DNA of 64,000 nucleotides from Alkalispirochaeta sp. GTDB lineage: Bacteria > Spirochaetota > Spirochaetia > DSM-27196 > Alkalispirochaetaceae. This document shows, in pieces, positions 49,129 through 59,017 of the stretch (position 1 is its first letter; each line of letters starts with the position of its first letter). The notes under the pieces are model-generated. The model was not told the origin of the DNA and ran no database searches. It saw only the letters and a program-made list of their open reading frames with translations. The translations under genes were made by a program, and so were the position numbers. Location: assembly GCA_965601925.1 (NCBI GenBank), contig OZ271854.1:3040001-3104000 (forward strand). The letters are read 5' to 3'.

Positions 49129-50114
49129 AGGCAGCTCTCCCGTCGTTCGATTCGAGGAAGAAATGTCCGGGATGTTGCGATCTCCCGCTCCCCGCGAATC
49201 GCGGAAACGATACCTGCGGCCGCCGCGGCGGCGACCTCGCCTCTAGGCTGATGCACCGTGGTGAGAGAGGGACGGGCGAGGCGCGCCCACTCGATGTCAT
49301 CGTATCCGACCACGGCGATGTCGTCGGGGATGCGGACGCCATGGTCCATGAGCCCCTTCATGACTCCCAACGCGCTGACGTCCGAGCCGACAAAGAGTCC
49401 GTCGTAGCGTATGAGCGCGTCTCGCCGCTCTTCCGCCGTCCTGCAGGCGCTCTCGAAAGTACCGTCCTGCAGATGGAACAGATCGACCTCACCGTTCCAC
49501 TCCGCCCGAAAACCGCCGACCCGCGTGTCGAACTGCGGTTGCGACTCAACCACGGCGGCGACTCGGGAGCATCCGGTTCTCCGCAACGCCTGCGCGGCGA
49601 GGGCGCCGCCCATCCGTTGATCCACGAAAACGGCGGGATGACTCTCCATCCACGGTTCGGCGGGTGGGTTGACCGCGAGATAGCGGTCGGTCGTCGCTGC
49701 GAGCGCTTCCAAAGCGGCTGAGGTGATTTCGAAACCGATAATGATGAGCCCGTCGACCTTTCGTTGTGCCACCAGGCGTGTGATGTCGGCGAGATCGTCC
49801 CCGATCGTATCGTACCCGGCGATCATACTGTCGAACCGGTGCTCCCATAGTTGGGAGCGAATGTCGTGCATGAGTTGCGATGTGTACCACGACTCTATGG
49901 CGCGCAACCTGTGGTAGGGGTATAGGATCCCGACGGTGGTGGTGAGGCCCGTCGCCAATCCGCGGGCGCCGGCGTTTATCCGGTATCCGTGCTGCGCGGC
50001 GGTTTCCAGAATACGGCGTCGCGTCTTCTCGGCGACCAACGGGCTGTCGTTGAGCGCCCGGGAGACGGTCATGTGGCTGGTTCCGACCAACTCGGCGATG
50101 CGACGGATGTTCAT
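49125..50114 (-). CDS. LacI family transcriptional regulator
   Basis: NIRRIAELVGTSHMTVSRALN, ARGL, VVGYDD, LTTVHQP. Confidence 0.93.
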   Translation of the reverse strand: MNIRRIAELVGTSHMTVSRALNDSPLVAEKTRRRILETAAQHGYRINAGARGLATGLTTTVGILYPYHRLRAIESWYTSQLMHDIRSQLWEHRFDSMIAGYDTIGDDLADITRLVAQRKVDGLIIIGFEITSAALEALAATTDRYLAVNPPAEPWMESHPAVFVDQRMGGALAAQALRRTGCSRVAAVVESQPQFDTRVGGFRAEWNGEVDLFHLQDGTFESACRTAEERRDALIRYDGLFVGSDVSALGVMKGLMDHGVRIPDDIAVVGYDDIEWARLARPSLTTVHQPRGEVAAAAAAGIVSAIRGEREIATSRTFLPRIERRESCL

Positions 50115-51355
50115 GCCCGCACCCCCGGGGAGCCGACTCTGACCGCGAAGCCCTCGGCCGCGATCGACTCCGTCACGGCGTCGATCATGCGGAGCGATTG
50201 GTACCCGTCCAAAGCGCCGGCGACCGGCTCCTCTCCGTCGACGAAGCGCCGCAATCGCCGCACCAACTCGACGTCGGCGCCGTAGTGTGAACTCTCGAAC
50301 GCCGGACCGCGAGCGTCGATCGATTCGCGCTTGGCGCCGTACTCCGACACGAGATCGATCGTCCCGGTCGACCGGGTGAGGACAAGACGACCGGAAGAGC
50401 CGACGATCTCGAGCGTCTCCTGATCGGGAGCCGGCGGGCCGAAGATCGACCAAAACAGCGACGCCTTCACGCCGTCGGCGAACTCGAATATCGCGGTAAC
50501 GTGATCTTCGATATCGGCGCCCGGGGCGTATACGCACGTGTCGGCGCGATCGAGTTCATTTGTTGCGTCGGCCCACGAGCGGTATGACAATACGTGGACG
50601 CCCTCGCTACTCCATATCTGGTCCGGCCCGCGCCGATAAGGGCAGTCGCGTTCGCACACCGCGCAGTGAGTCGGTGCTGTAGGATCCGGTGCGAATATCC
50701 CGCTTCGTCCCCCCATGGCGCACACGCGTTCGCATACCGAGTCGGAAAACCAGTTGAATACGTCCATGTGGTGACTCGATTTGTCGTTGAGGGCGCCGCC
50801 GGAGTACGTCCTTTTTCGATGCCACATCTGGAGATAGCGGGTGTAGGGGATCACGGATCGTATTTGCATCATGTGAACGTCGCCGACCGCCCCCTCGGAC
50901 ACCAGGCGTCGTGCATATCGCCACGAGGGTTCGTATCGGCGCGTGAAACCCATGATGATTCGATTGCCGGTACGCCGTTCGGCGTGGAGGATAGCCAGAG
51001 CGTCCGACTGGGTGACGGCGATCGGTTTGTCTAAATAGACCGCCTTGCCCGACTCGACTGCGTACACCGTAGGATCGCGGTGGGCGTACGTATGATTGGT
51101 CACCAAAACCAAATCTACCGACGGATCGTCCACGAGGTCGCGGTAGTCGAGGTGACCGGCGTATCGGCGGTGAGGATCGCCGGAATGGGCGGCGAGGAAC
51201 GCGCTTGCCTCCTCCAGACGCCGAGAGTTGGTGTCGCATAGAGCGGTGATACGTAGACTCGTTTCGCGTTCGAGCTCGGTAATACGCGCGCCGAGGACGA
51301 AACATCCCCTATCACCCACGCCGATAATGCCGACACCGACCGTTGAATCTCCCAC
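50111..51355 (-). CDS. Gfo/Idh/MocA family oxidoreductase
   Basis: VGIIGVGDRG, YLDKPIA, GFTRRY, GGALNDKSSHHMD; start uncertain (GTG 51355 after GGGAG). Confidence 0.9.
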   Translation of the reverse strand: MGDSTVGVGIIGVGDRGCFVLGARITELERETSLRITALCDTNSRRLEEASAFLAAHSGDPHRRYAGHLDYRDLVDDPSVDLVLVTNHTYAHRDPTVYAVESGKAVYLDKPIAVTQSDALAILHAERRTGNRIIMGFTRRYEPSWRYARRLVSEGAVGDVHMMQIRSVIPYTRYLQMWHRKRTYSGGALNDKSSHHMDVFNWFSDSVCERVCAMGGRSGIFAPDPTAPTHCAVCERDCPYRRGPDQIWSSEGVHVLSYRSWADATNELDRADTCVYAPGADIEDHVTAIFEFADGVKASLFWSIFGPPAPDQETLEIVGSSGRLVLTRSTGTIDLVSEYGAKRESIDARGPAFESSHYGADVELVRRLRRFVDGEEPVAGALDGYQSLRMIDAVTESIAAEGFAVRVGSPGVRA

Positions 51356-51370
51356 GCATACTCCCATTCC

Positions 51371-51396
51371 GTGCATTGTTACCGGTAACAATGCAC
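51371..51396. promoter_or_regulatory. LacI-family operator (perfect 26-bp palindrome)
   Basis: GTGCATTGTTACCGGTAACAATGCAC at the predicted transcription start. Confidence 0.85.
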
Positions 51397-51402
51397 TGGT
51401 AT

Positions 51403-51431
51403 ATTCTGCAGTGGCTCGCGCGCGGTGTCAA
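51403..51431 (-). promoter_or_regulatory. Sigma70-like promoter of the sulfatase/ABC operon
   Basis: Minus strand TTGACA-17 nt-CAGAAT. Confidence 0.65.
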
Positions 51432-51604
51432 GAAAAAAGGATCGCGGGGTAGGGGATGCGCCTATCGCCGGCCGTACTCACAGGTCGTGGAAGTGCCGTA
51501 GCCGGTGTGCATCGTGCGGCGCGGCGCGGAACCGCGGGTCGACGTGCGTATCCGCTTGTGTTTGATCGACTCCCGTTTCTACACGATCGTACTTCGTCGT
51601 GTTG

Positions 51605-51622
51605 ACATACTTCTGAGTATGT
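51605..51622. promoter_or_regulatory. Putative TetR operator 1
   Basis: ACATACT-TCTG-AGTATGT overlapping TTGACA (51602-51607). Confidence 0.75.
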
Positions 51623-51642
51623 TCGTATGGTTGCCGTACAAC

Positions 51643-52191
51643 ATGGAGACCAAACGTGAACTGCTCATGGCGACGCTCGCCTTAGTCTCTCGACGGGGAT
51701 ACGAAAATGTGAGCATCGATGATATCGCCGCGGCGACGAACAATACGAAGGGAGCGGTGTATCACTACTTTCATAGCAAAGACGATCTCTACAAAGAGGC
51801 TCTCGACCTCCTTGCCGGACACTTGACGTCACTCGGCTCCCTCGCGTTGGACGAACGGACGTCGCCGTCCGAATCGATGAAACGGATTTTGACGGCGTTG
51901 GTCGACGGCGACCCGACTGTCGGCACCGGATTGTCCACCGACGACGTGTACTACCTCTTTTTTGACGGGATGCGACGATTTCCTGAGCTCAAAAAGCGCT
52001 TTCAAGAACTCACTCGAAGCTACCTACGAAGCGTTGCCGATCGCATCGCGGGCGACTCAGCCGACGGAAGACGCGTCGAGGCACTTCAGTTCCTCGTGTG
52101 GGTCGAGGGAATCGGCCTCATCCAGGCGATAACGGGCGGACTCATCGGAAAGAAGGACATCGGCGACATGATCGATCGCTTTTTCGCATAA
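51643..52191 (+). CDS. TetR/AcrR family regulator
   Basis: GYENVSIDDIAAA..TKGAVYHYFHSKDDL. Confidence 0.92.
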   Translation: METKRELLMATLALVSRRGYENVSIDDIAAATNNTKGAVYHYFHSKDDLYKEALDLLAGHLTSLGSLALDERTSPSESMKRILTALVDGDPTVGTGLSTDDVYYLFFDGMRRFPELKKRFQELTRSYLRSVADRIAGDSADGRRVEALQFLVWVEGIGLIQAITGGLIGKKDIGDMIDRFFA

Positions 52192-52205
52192 TTTTTTTGC
52201 GCGTG

Positions 52206-52223
52206 ACATACTCGAGAGTATGC
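52206..52223. promoter_or_regulatory. Putative TetR operator 2
   Basis: ACATACT-CGAG-AGTATGC, same arms as operator 1, just upstream of the hydrolase SD. Confidence 0.75.
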
Positions 52224-52235
52224 CCGAAGGAGGAG

Positions 52236-53234
52236 ATGGTGACGTGGCTTTTCGTTTGTGCCGTTACGGTTACGGGTTTCCTGGTCCTTCGTATGCGATA
52301 TCGACGCTGGCTGGCGGCGCATACGATTCGCGTATCCGCCGACAGCACGATCGTCCAGACGAGCGCGGGGCAGGTGGAGTACGACGTGCGCGGACGAGGA
52401 CCGGTCGTGTTGCACTTTCACGGCGGCAATGTCGGCCACAACGGTTGGTTTATGCTCGACCACCTCGTAGAAGCGGGCTTCCGGCTCCTCACCCCCGATC
52501 GACCGGGTTATCTGGGAACGATCCTCGACGGTAACGGATCGCCGGCGGCTCAGGCGGATCTGGCCGCCGCTTTGCTCGATGAACTGGCGGTCGAGTCGGT
52601 AGCCGTTGTAGGCGTGTCCGCCGGCGGTCCCGCCGCCATACAATTTGCGCTTCGCTACGCCGAACGAACGCGCGGCCTCGTGCTACTGTCGGCGATCACT
52701 CGCCGCACACAACTCACCGACGATCAGCTGAAAAGCGCGCTGGGAAAGCTCGTGATGTCGAGACGCGGGCAGAACGCGGCGTACTTTCTCATCCATCAAG
52801 CGATGCGACGGATGCCCGCTTTAGCGCTCCGAGATTACGTACGCACCGAAACGACGTACGATGCGGCGCGAGGCAAGCGATACATCGAGCAGGTTCTCGC
52901 CGACCCTCGGCAACGATCGCATGTGAAAGCGCTCACCGATGCGATAGTGCCGGCCCTCCCGCGTTTTGCCGGCGTGATGAACGATATCGACGTTCAGCGA
53001 GCCCTCGATGATATGCCGCTGGAGCGTATCGCGACGCCGACGCTCATGGTCCACAGCCGCTACGATGGGGACGTCCCGTACGACACGGCGGTCCATACGG
53101 CCTCCCGTATACCTCGCGTCGAGCTCATTCCCGTCGAGCAGTTCGGCCATATGATCTGGTGGGGCGACGCACGAGTGGTGCGCGATTTTCAGACTCGTAT
53201 CGAGCACTTCCTACGGGACACCGCGAGTATGTGA
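52236..53234 (+). CDS. Alpha/beta hydrolase with N-terminal membrane anchor
   Basis: HFHGG, DRPGY, GVSAGG nucleophile elbow, D..VP, FGH. Confidence 0.88.
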   Translation: MVTWLFVCAVTVTGFLVLRMRYRRWLAAHTIRVSADSTIVQTSAGQVEYDVRGRGPVVLHFHGGNVGHNGWFMLDHLVEAGFRLLTPDRPGYLGTILDGNGSPAAQADLAAALLDELAVESVAVVGVSAGGPAAIQFALRYAERTRGLVLLSAITRRTQLTDDQLKSALGKLVMSRRGQNAAYFLIHQAMRRMPALALRDYVRTETTYDAARGKRYIEQVLADPRQRSHVKALTDAIVPALPRFAGVMNDIDVQRALDDMPLERIATPTLMVHSRYDGDVPYDTAVHTASRIPRVELIPVEQFGHMIWWGDARVVRDFQTRIEHFLRDTASM

Positions 53235-53276
53235 TGCCGTCGGCACCGCTGAGGAACGGACGTCTCCCGCTCTCGG

Positions 53277-55097
53277 TTAATCGACCTTGAAGCGGCCGAC
53301 GCTCTGTTCGACCGACGTCACTTGCCCCCGGGTGTCGTCGGTGAGTTGTTCTACTTCGCCGATCGTCTCAACGATCGATTCAGTGTTACGATTCATCGCG
53401 TCGACCTGGTTCTCAATCGTCTTTGTCGTATCGACGAGGCTTTTGATTTTTTCTATCGCCGAACGGCTTCCGGCCGTCATCTGCTGGCTGCCGCCGCGAA
53501 CCTTGTGGGTAAGTTCGTTGATGAGCTGAAACGACTCCAGCACCTGTTGGTTTCCCGTCGACTGCTCGTCCATGGCGCCCTTGATCTGCTCCTGAAAGCG
53601 TACGACCGTCCTAATCGCCTCTTGTACCGAATCGAACGCTTTCCCCGCCTCTCCGGCTTGAGACACTACATCCTCGATGGACCGTTGGAGACTGGAGAGG
53701 ACCGACGAGATCGATTTCGATTGCGTCGACGAGTTTTCCGCGAGCTTCCTGATCTCATCGGCGACGACGGCAAACCCGCGCCCCGCTTCACCGGCGTGAG
53801 CCGCTTCGATCGCGGCGTTCATGGCCAGGAGGTTGGTCTGGGCCGCGACGTTGTCGATGGTCGCATTGGCTTGGAGCATGCCCTGGGATTGCTCTGCGAT
53901 CGAGGCGACCATCGAGTTCACCTCGGAGATGCGTTCCGAACCGGCATCGGCAACCTCCTCGAGGTAGCGGAACTGCTCGGCGCTCTTATCCAGGTTCTGG
54001 GTGACCGACACGACACTCGCTATCATCTGTTCGACCGCCGCGGTACTGTTCTGTATCGTTTGGGCCTGCTGCTCTATGCTCGATGAGAGGGTCTCCACGG
54101 TCGAGGTTATCTCCGCCATCGTAGACGATATCTCCGTCACCTCGGGCGCTTGATGATCGACCACTTGGGTGCGAACGTGTTCGATGCCCGCGCTAATGTC
54201 GCGCACCGCCCGCGTCGTCTGCTCCATACTCTGCGTGAGCCCGCCGCTGGCCGCCGAGAGTTGCCGTACGGCGTCGCGAACGACGCCGATCGTGCCCGAA
54301 AGACCGGCGACGAAGGAGTTGAACCGGTGCGCTACGCGACCCACCTCGTCGTCCCGATCGTCCGGAAGGCGCATGGTGAGGTCGCCGTCACCCTCTGATA
54401 TGTCGTGCAGTGCATCGCCGATGGAGCGCAACGGATTGATGGCTCGAATCGTCCACAGCGCGAGAAGCGCCCCCGCCACGAGTGCCGCCGTCGTCGCAAT
54501 CGTTATCAGGAATGCAAACCCCTGTGCCGTCGAGCGCGTTACGTCCGAGATAGTGGAGTTGTACGACTCCTGGAGGTCGATGAATACGTTGATCGCATCC
54601 AGCCATTGGGTGAACAACGGCCGGGCCGTTTCCAGCAAGAGCGATCGCGCGGTATCGCGTTCTCCGACGTCGACGAGCCTGATGATCTCGTCGACCACCG
54701 GCTCGGTCCGCTCCTCGATCGACTTGATAATTCTGAACGCCTCCCGCTCTTCGTCGGTGAGGCCGGCGGTGTTCTCAAAAATGGCGTCCAACGACGCTTC
54801 GGACTCTTCGTAGAACGTCTTGAGGCGATCGATGTCGTCTATCACGGCTGATAAGAGCATCGGATCATTCTCGGCCAACACGACGTCTCTGATATTGATC
54901 GATCGGTCGTGGACGCTCCCGCGGAAGTTGATCGCGTAGCGCTGTTTGACCGCATTTACATCATTGATCTGGATGAGGCCCGAGTTGATCTGAGCAACCC
55001 GAAAGATTCCCACGCCTCCTAATGCGACCATGAGCGCGAGGATTACTGCGAACCCGATAAAAATCTTCCTGCGTATGAGCACGGTGCGTCTGGCCAA
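53277..55097 (-). CDS. Methyl-accepting chemotaxis protein (four-helix-bundle sensor, HAMP)
   Basis: Two TM segments, [46 protein letters not shown]. Confidence 0.95.
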   Translation of the reverse strand: MARRTVLIRRKIFIGFAVILALMVALGGVGIFRVAQINSGLIQINDVNAVKQRYAINFRGSVHDRSINIRDVVLAENDPMLLSAVIDDIDRLKTFYEESEASLDAIFENTAGLTDEEREAFRIIKSIEERTEPVVDEIIRLVDVGERDTARSLLLETARPLFTQWLDAINVFIDLQESYNSTISDVTRSTAQGFAFLITIATTAALVAGALLALWTIRAINPLRSIGDALHDISEGDGDLTMRLPDDRDDEVGRVAHRFNSFVAGLSGTIGVVRDAVRQLSAASGGLTQSMEQTTRAVRDISAGIEHVRTQVVDHQAPEVTEISSTMAEITSTVETLSSSIEQQAQTIQNSTAAVEQMIASVVSVTQNLDKSAEQFRYLEEVADAGSERISEVNSMVASIAEQSQGMLQANATIDNVAAQTNLLAMNAAIEAAHAGEAGRGFAVVADEIRKLAENSSTQSKSISSVLSSLQRSIEDVVSQAGEAGKAFDSVQEAIRTVVRFQEQIKGAMDEQSTGNQQVLESFQLINELTHKVRGGSQQMTAGSRSAIEKIKSLVDTTKTIENQVDAMNRNTESIVETIGEVEQLTDDTRGQVTSVEQSVGRFKVD

Positions 55098-55201
55098 TGG
55101 TGTCCCCTATCGCGCGCGGCAATCCCGAGTTTTCCCAAAAGATAATCTTTTTTGTTCGGAACGTGCGTGCCGGCGCGGCGATCGGGAACGACCGACGGCG
55201 A

Positions 55202-56203
55202 CTACTCGGAGGAGTGCCTTCGTAGCTCCATAGCGCGGGCTCCTTGGGCCCGCACGAACCCGCATTGCTCGAAAAAGCCGACCGCGTCCTCGTTGGAAAC
55301 GAGCACGACATGCCCGGCAGGGAGCAGGGCACCGAGCAGCGTTTCTATCATGCGCTTTCCCAGGCCACGTCCCTGATACTCTCGGTCTACCAACACATAG
55401 TGTATATACGCCGCGTGAGATCCGTCCGAAAGAGCGTTCGCCAGTGCCACGAGCCGCTCGCCGTCCCATAGAGATACGACCACCGTACTTCGTCTCATGA
55501 CGCGCGCTATTTCGATCGTGTTCTTCTTACGTCTCCAGCCGACGCTTCGCATGAGGCGGACGATCTGATTCGGAGAGATCATCTTCGTGGTACGAATCGC
55601 TATCTGAGATCCCGATTCATAGATGGGGCCCTCTTCTCGCTCGGTGTCACGCGTCGCCCGCTGCCGAGCGTGTTCGTTCCGCCGATGAATCCGCGAATAC
55701 TGCACTTGATCGTGCAAAGATCCTTCCTTCTCAATCGCGCACTCGAAGTAGCCGTCCAGTTCGTACCCGGACTTCTCGAGGACGCGAATCGAGCCGCGGT
55801 TGCGTGCAAAGGCGCGCGCATATAGTCGAACGATATCCGTGTTCTCGAACACGTGGTTCGTAAGGGCCCGGATTGCCGCGGTCGCAATGCCGTTCCCCCA
55901 ATACGGTCGGCCGAGCCAGTAGCCGAGCGAGGCCGATTTGCGGAGGATGTCGTCGTTCCGGTCGAAATGAACGTGCCCGACGAACCGATCAGCGGAGCAG
56001 ATCGCAAAGTACCGATCGGGTCGTCGCTCCCAAAGCGACCGATACGCCCGTTTTGCGTGCTCGAGCGTATAGGGATGGGGAAACTCGTCACGCATGAACT
56101 GCCAGATTTCGTAATCATCGGCCTGTCGCACATACTCGGGAAGGTCATATTCTCGAATCGACCGTAGCCGGATGTCGGGACGCTCGGTCACGATACGGGT
56201 CAT
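55202..56203 (-). CDS. Tandem GNAT acetyltransferase (RimJ/RimL-like plus second GNAT domain)
   Basis: LGYWLGRPYWGNGIAT..N.GSIRVLEKSG and VDREYQGRGLGK..FFEQCGF. Confidence 0.85.
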   Translation of the reverse strand: MTRIVTERPDIRLRSIREYDLPEYVRQADDYEIWQFMRDEFPHPYTLEHAKRAYRSLWERRPDRYFAICSADRFVGHVHFDRNDDILRKSASLGYWLGRPYWGNGIATAAIRALTNHVFENTDIVRLYARAFARNRGSIRVLEKSGYELDGYFECAIEKEGSLHDQVQYSRIHRRNEHARQRATRDTEREEGPIYESGSQIAIRTTKMISPNQIVRLMRSVGWRRKKNTIEIARVMRRSTVVVSLWDGERLVALANALSDGSHAAYIHYVLVDREYQGRGLGKRMIETLLGALLPAGHVVLVSNEDAVGFFEQCGFVRAQGARAMELRRHSSE

Positions 56204-56340
56204 CGCCTCACAGCATACACGATTCCGTCGGAGTTCTCATGGGCATCGACACCCGTATCGAAATGAACCGCTCGTGGCGTCTCTTGACTCCTCCGACCCT
56301 CTTGCACGTGGTATGATGGTGTATTGGTTCCGAGGGCACA

Positions 56341-57054
56341 ATGATAAACCAGCTCATTGTGGAGCCGATGCGGTACGACGTGTTGCTCTGGCGTTGTCTG
56401 CACGGCGGGCCGATTAACGCCGACAATCTCGAGAATCCGGAACGGAATGGTGCCGTGGATTGGGATTTTTGTCGCGTTCGGAACATCCCGATCCTCCGAA
56501 AACTCATCCGGACATACGGGACGTGCGCAATGTTGGCCCGAATCGGAGACTCCGTCGTCGGGACGCTTCGGTTCTACCCGCTGTGGCTGTGCCCCACCGA
56601 CGCGGAGGGGGCGGGGTTCTGTCTCCAGCAGTGCTATCCGGCGGGACCGCGCGAGGCGGTGGCCTCGGGGGCGTGGCCGTCGCTTCAAGAGCTCGAACGG
56701 AAGACACTCTTCGTACACTGCATGATGGTCGCCGCGATCGACGGTGATCAGAATCGCATCCGTCGCCGGGGTATCGGCTCGGAGATGGTGCGGGGATTGA
56801 TCCGATGGGCGACGGAACAAGGGTGGCAGTCGATTGAGGCGGACGCATATGAGGAGATCCCGATGCTGTATGCGATGAGCGGAACGGCCGGCAGACGGTT
56901 TTGGCGAAGGCTTGGATTCCGCGTGGTCGGACGTGACACCGAACCCGCTCTGAGGGGAGACCTATTGAGAGCAGTCCAAAAGAGCGCGATCGATGCCGGA
57001 GTGCCGGCCGAGCGGGCCGCCGATAGATTTCGAATGCGATTTGAGCTGCGATAG
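56341..57054 (+). CDS. Cys-rich GNAT-fold protein
   Basis: RRRGIGSEMV acetyl-CoA motif, FWRRLGF; 7 Cys. Confidence 0.7.
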   Translation: MINQLIVEPMRYDVLLWRCLHGGPINADNLENPERNGAVDWDFCRVRNIPILRKLIRTYGTCAMLARIGDSVVGTLRFYPLWLCPTDAEGAGFCLQQCYPAGPREAVASGAWPSLQELERKTLFVHCMMVAAIDGDQNRIRRRGIGSEMVRGLIRWATEQGWQSIEADAYEEIPMLYAMSGTAGRRFWRRLGFRVVGRDTEPALRGDLLRAVQKSAIDAGVPAERAADRFRMRFELR

Positions 57055-57324
57055 CGCGTGATAACCGCGGATGCGGCCGACCTGCAGTCAAACGACCGGT
57101 TGCATCGAGCGGCCGTTCATCGATGCGGTAACCGCCTGCCGCCGCGACGGACGGTACGAGCCGGGCGATATGCCGCCGGCGATCGGTAGAATATCTGCCG
57201 GGCAAGCTCGATTGGGCGGCCTCTCGGCCTCCCCACGACCGGTGGCGAAATCCGGTAGCGGGATCGAGTCCGGTCGGATCGCTTCGATACTCGAACTCGT
57301 CGGCCGCGATGTACGTATCCTATA

Positions 57325-57873
57325 CTACTCATCCGGGACGATTTTCGTTACGCGGTCGATATTGGGGTCGCTGAAACGATCCAACGCATCCCGGGCGATA
57401 GTGGAAAAACTAAAAAGAACCGCGCCCCGAGGACCGGCCTGAAACCAGTGCTTGCTTCCGGGCTTGCAGTAGAGCTGCTCCCCGGGCTGCATAACGATCT
57501 CCTTGCGACAGGTGTAGTACTCCTCCCGCCTCTCGGGAATATGGCCCACCGTTGGACCTCCGTCGCCCTCAACATAGAAATAGAGGTCGCCGTAGAGGTG
57601 GCGAACGGTCTCTTCTTTGCCGGGGTCGTCGCCTACCGGTGGATGCCAGTGTTCCGGCTCGGTCTGGTTGGGCATCAGCGCAAGTAGCTTCACGCTTATT
57701 CGGTCCGTTTGGACGAGCGTGAGAATCTGCGCCCCTTCGACGGAGAGGTTGGTCAACCCAAAGTCGACGACCTCGATCTTTTCCGTCTCTTCCGGGGTAA
57801 TTCCGAACTGTGCCTTGGCAAATAGTTCGACCGCGGCCTCTCGGGCGGCGGCCGCCTCACTCTCGGTAATCAT
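57325..57873 (-). CDS. D-lyxose/D-mannose ketol-isomerase (cupin)
   Basis: EVVDFGL, QTEPEHWHPP..GKEET, HWFQAG, FSDP. Confidence 0.88.
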   Translation of the reverse strand: MITESEAAAAREAAVELFAKAQFGITPEETEKIEVVDFGLTNLSVEGAQILTLVQTDRISVKLLALMPNQTEPEHWHPPVGDDPGKEETVRHLYGDLYFYVEGDGGPTVGHIPERREEYYTCRKEIVMQPGEQLYCKPGSKHWFQAGPRGAVLFSFSTIARDALDRFSDPNIDRVTKIVPDE

Positions 57874-57894
57874 TGCGCGTCCTCCACTCCCGAC

Positions 57895-58857
57895 TCACAT
57901 TCTGAGTAGCTTCTCTTCGATAAACTTCCACGTATCCATGTAGTCTCGACTGGAGATCGCCTTTTCGAATTCATCGTCTCCGATCTCCTCGATGGTGCTC
58001 CAGATCTTCTCCGTTAACCGCACGTTGGCGACAAACATCTCGCTCATGTCGAATCGCGTAGGCTGGGTGTCTGAGGTGAGATACCCATCGTAGCCGAACT
58101 TCCTCAAGTAGTAGACAAACTCAATGTACTCGAGCAGCGTGTGGCTTCCGCAGAAGAAATCCCAGTCCCAGGTGCGGTCGTTGTCGTTAATATGGACGTA
58201 GTAGGGGAAAGGACTGTTCTCAACGAGGGTGAGCGCCATTGCCGGATGTTCGCCGGAGTAAACCGAGTGTCCGTAGTCGAGGGTTACGCCGATCGATTTG
58301 TTGCCGATCTCATTGAGAAGCAAAAGTACATCTGCTATTCGGGGAAGGTAGGTAACTCGTCGTGTCTCCTTCGGTTTGTACTCGATGAAGAGCGGAATTT
58401 CCGGGCGATAGGAGCCCGCCTCTCCGAACATCTCGACCAGACGGCTCCAATTCTTTTGGTAGTCGGACTGGAAGACGAACTCGAATCCGTCTCCAAGGGG
58501 GCAACAGGTGACCTGGGGCGCGCCGATCTCATGGCTGAAGTCCTTTGCCTCTTTTATGAAGCTCACGGCCCGCTCCCGGATCTTCTTATCCGGGGAGGTA
58601 AGCCCCCCATCTCGGAACTCCGGCTCGCCCTTTACGTTGACGTTTACCGCGGAGACCGACAAGGAGTATTGATCGAGGAGTGCCTTAGTTTTCGAAGGGC
58701 TTTCCACCTCGTAGGGATAGACGATCTCCACCGCCTCGTAGCCGGTCAGCCTTTGCGTGGCTTCAAATTTCTGCTCGAGAGATCGTGGTTCGTTATAGAC
58801 GTGGAATCGATCTTTGGTCTGCCCCAAAAAGGTAGTAATAACGGAATATCGAGGCAC
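57895..58857 (-). CDS. Xylose-isomerase-like TIM-barrel sugar isomerase/epimerase
   Basis: IEYKPKE, GVTLDYGH, HINDN..WDWD; GTG after AAAGGAG. Confidence 0.85.
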   Translation of the reverse strand: MPRYSVITTFLGQTKDRFHVYNEPRSLEQKFEATQRLTGYEAVEIVYPYEVESPSKTKALLDQYSLSVSAVNVNVKGEPEFRDGGLTSPDKKIRERAVSFIKEAKDFSHEIGAPQVTCCPLGDGFEFVFQSDYQKNWSRLVEMFGEAGSYRPEIPLFIEYKPKETRRVTYLPRIADVLLLLNEIGNKSIGVTLDYGHSVYSGEHPAMALTLVENSPFPYYVHINDNDRTWDWDFFCGSHTLLEYIEFVYYLRKFGYDGYLTSDTQPTRFDMSEMFVANVRLTEKIWSTIEEIGDDEFEKAISSRDYMDTWKFIEEKLLRM

Positions 58858-58888
58858 GGCGCTATCTCCTTTCACATTGAGCTCATAC

Positions 58889-58916
58889 TGTATGCATAAA
58901 AAAATTTTTGCATACA
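58889..58916. promoter_or_regulatory. Putative GntR operator (isomerase side)
   Basis: TGTATGCA-12 nt-TGCATACA inverted repeat just downstream of the -10. Confidence 0.7.
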
Positions 58917-58919
58917 AAT

Positions 58920-58948
58920 ATCATATCCGCTATTATACGAGGTGTCAA
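58920..58948 (-). promoter_or_regulatory. Sigma70 promoter of the isomerase genes
   Basis: Minus strand TTGACA-17 nt-TATGAT. Confidence 0.75.
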
Positions 58949-59017
58949 ACGAGCAGGAACGGCCGGGAGTCCTCCGTTGACACGACGAATCGGGGCGTAT
59001 TATATGAGGCGACGCGT

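Noticed and set aside
50115..50537. N-terminal extension of the LacI ORF
   Set aside because: It overlaps the oxidoreductase; the HTH starts at the coupled ATG 50114
55107..55135. Sigma28 promoter for the MCP gene (GAAA-N16-CGCGATAG)
   Set aside because: Poor consensus, and the -10 abuts the SD leaving no room for a TSS
57055..57324. ncRNA or small gene in the 270-bp convergent gap
   Set aside because: Only short GC-rich hairpins expected by chance; the ORFs lack SD and motifs
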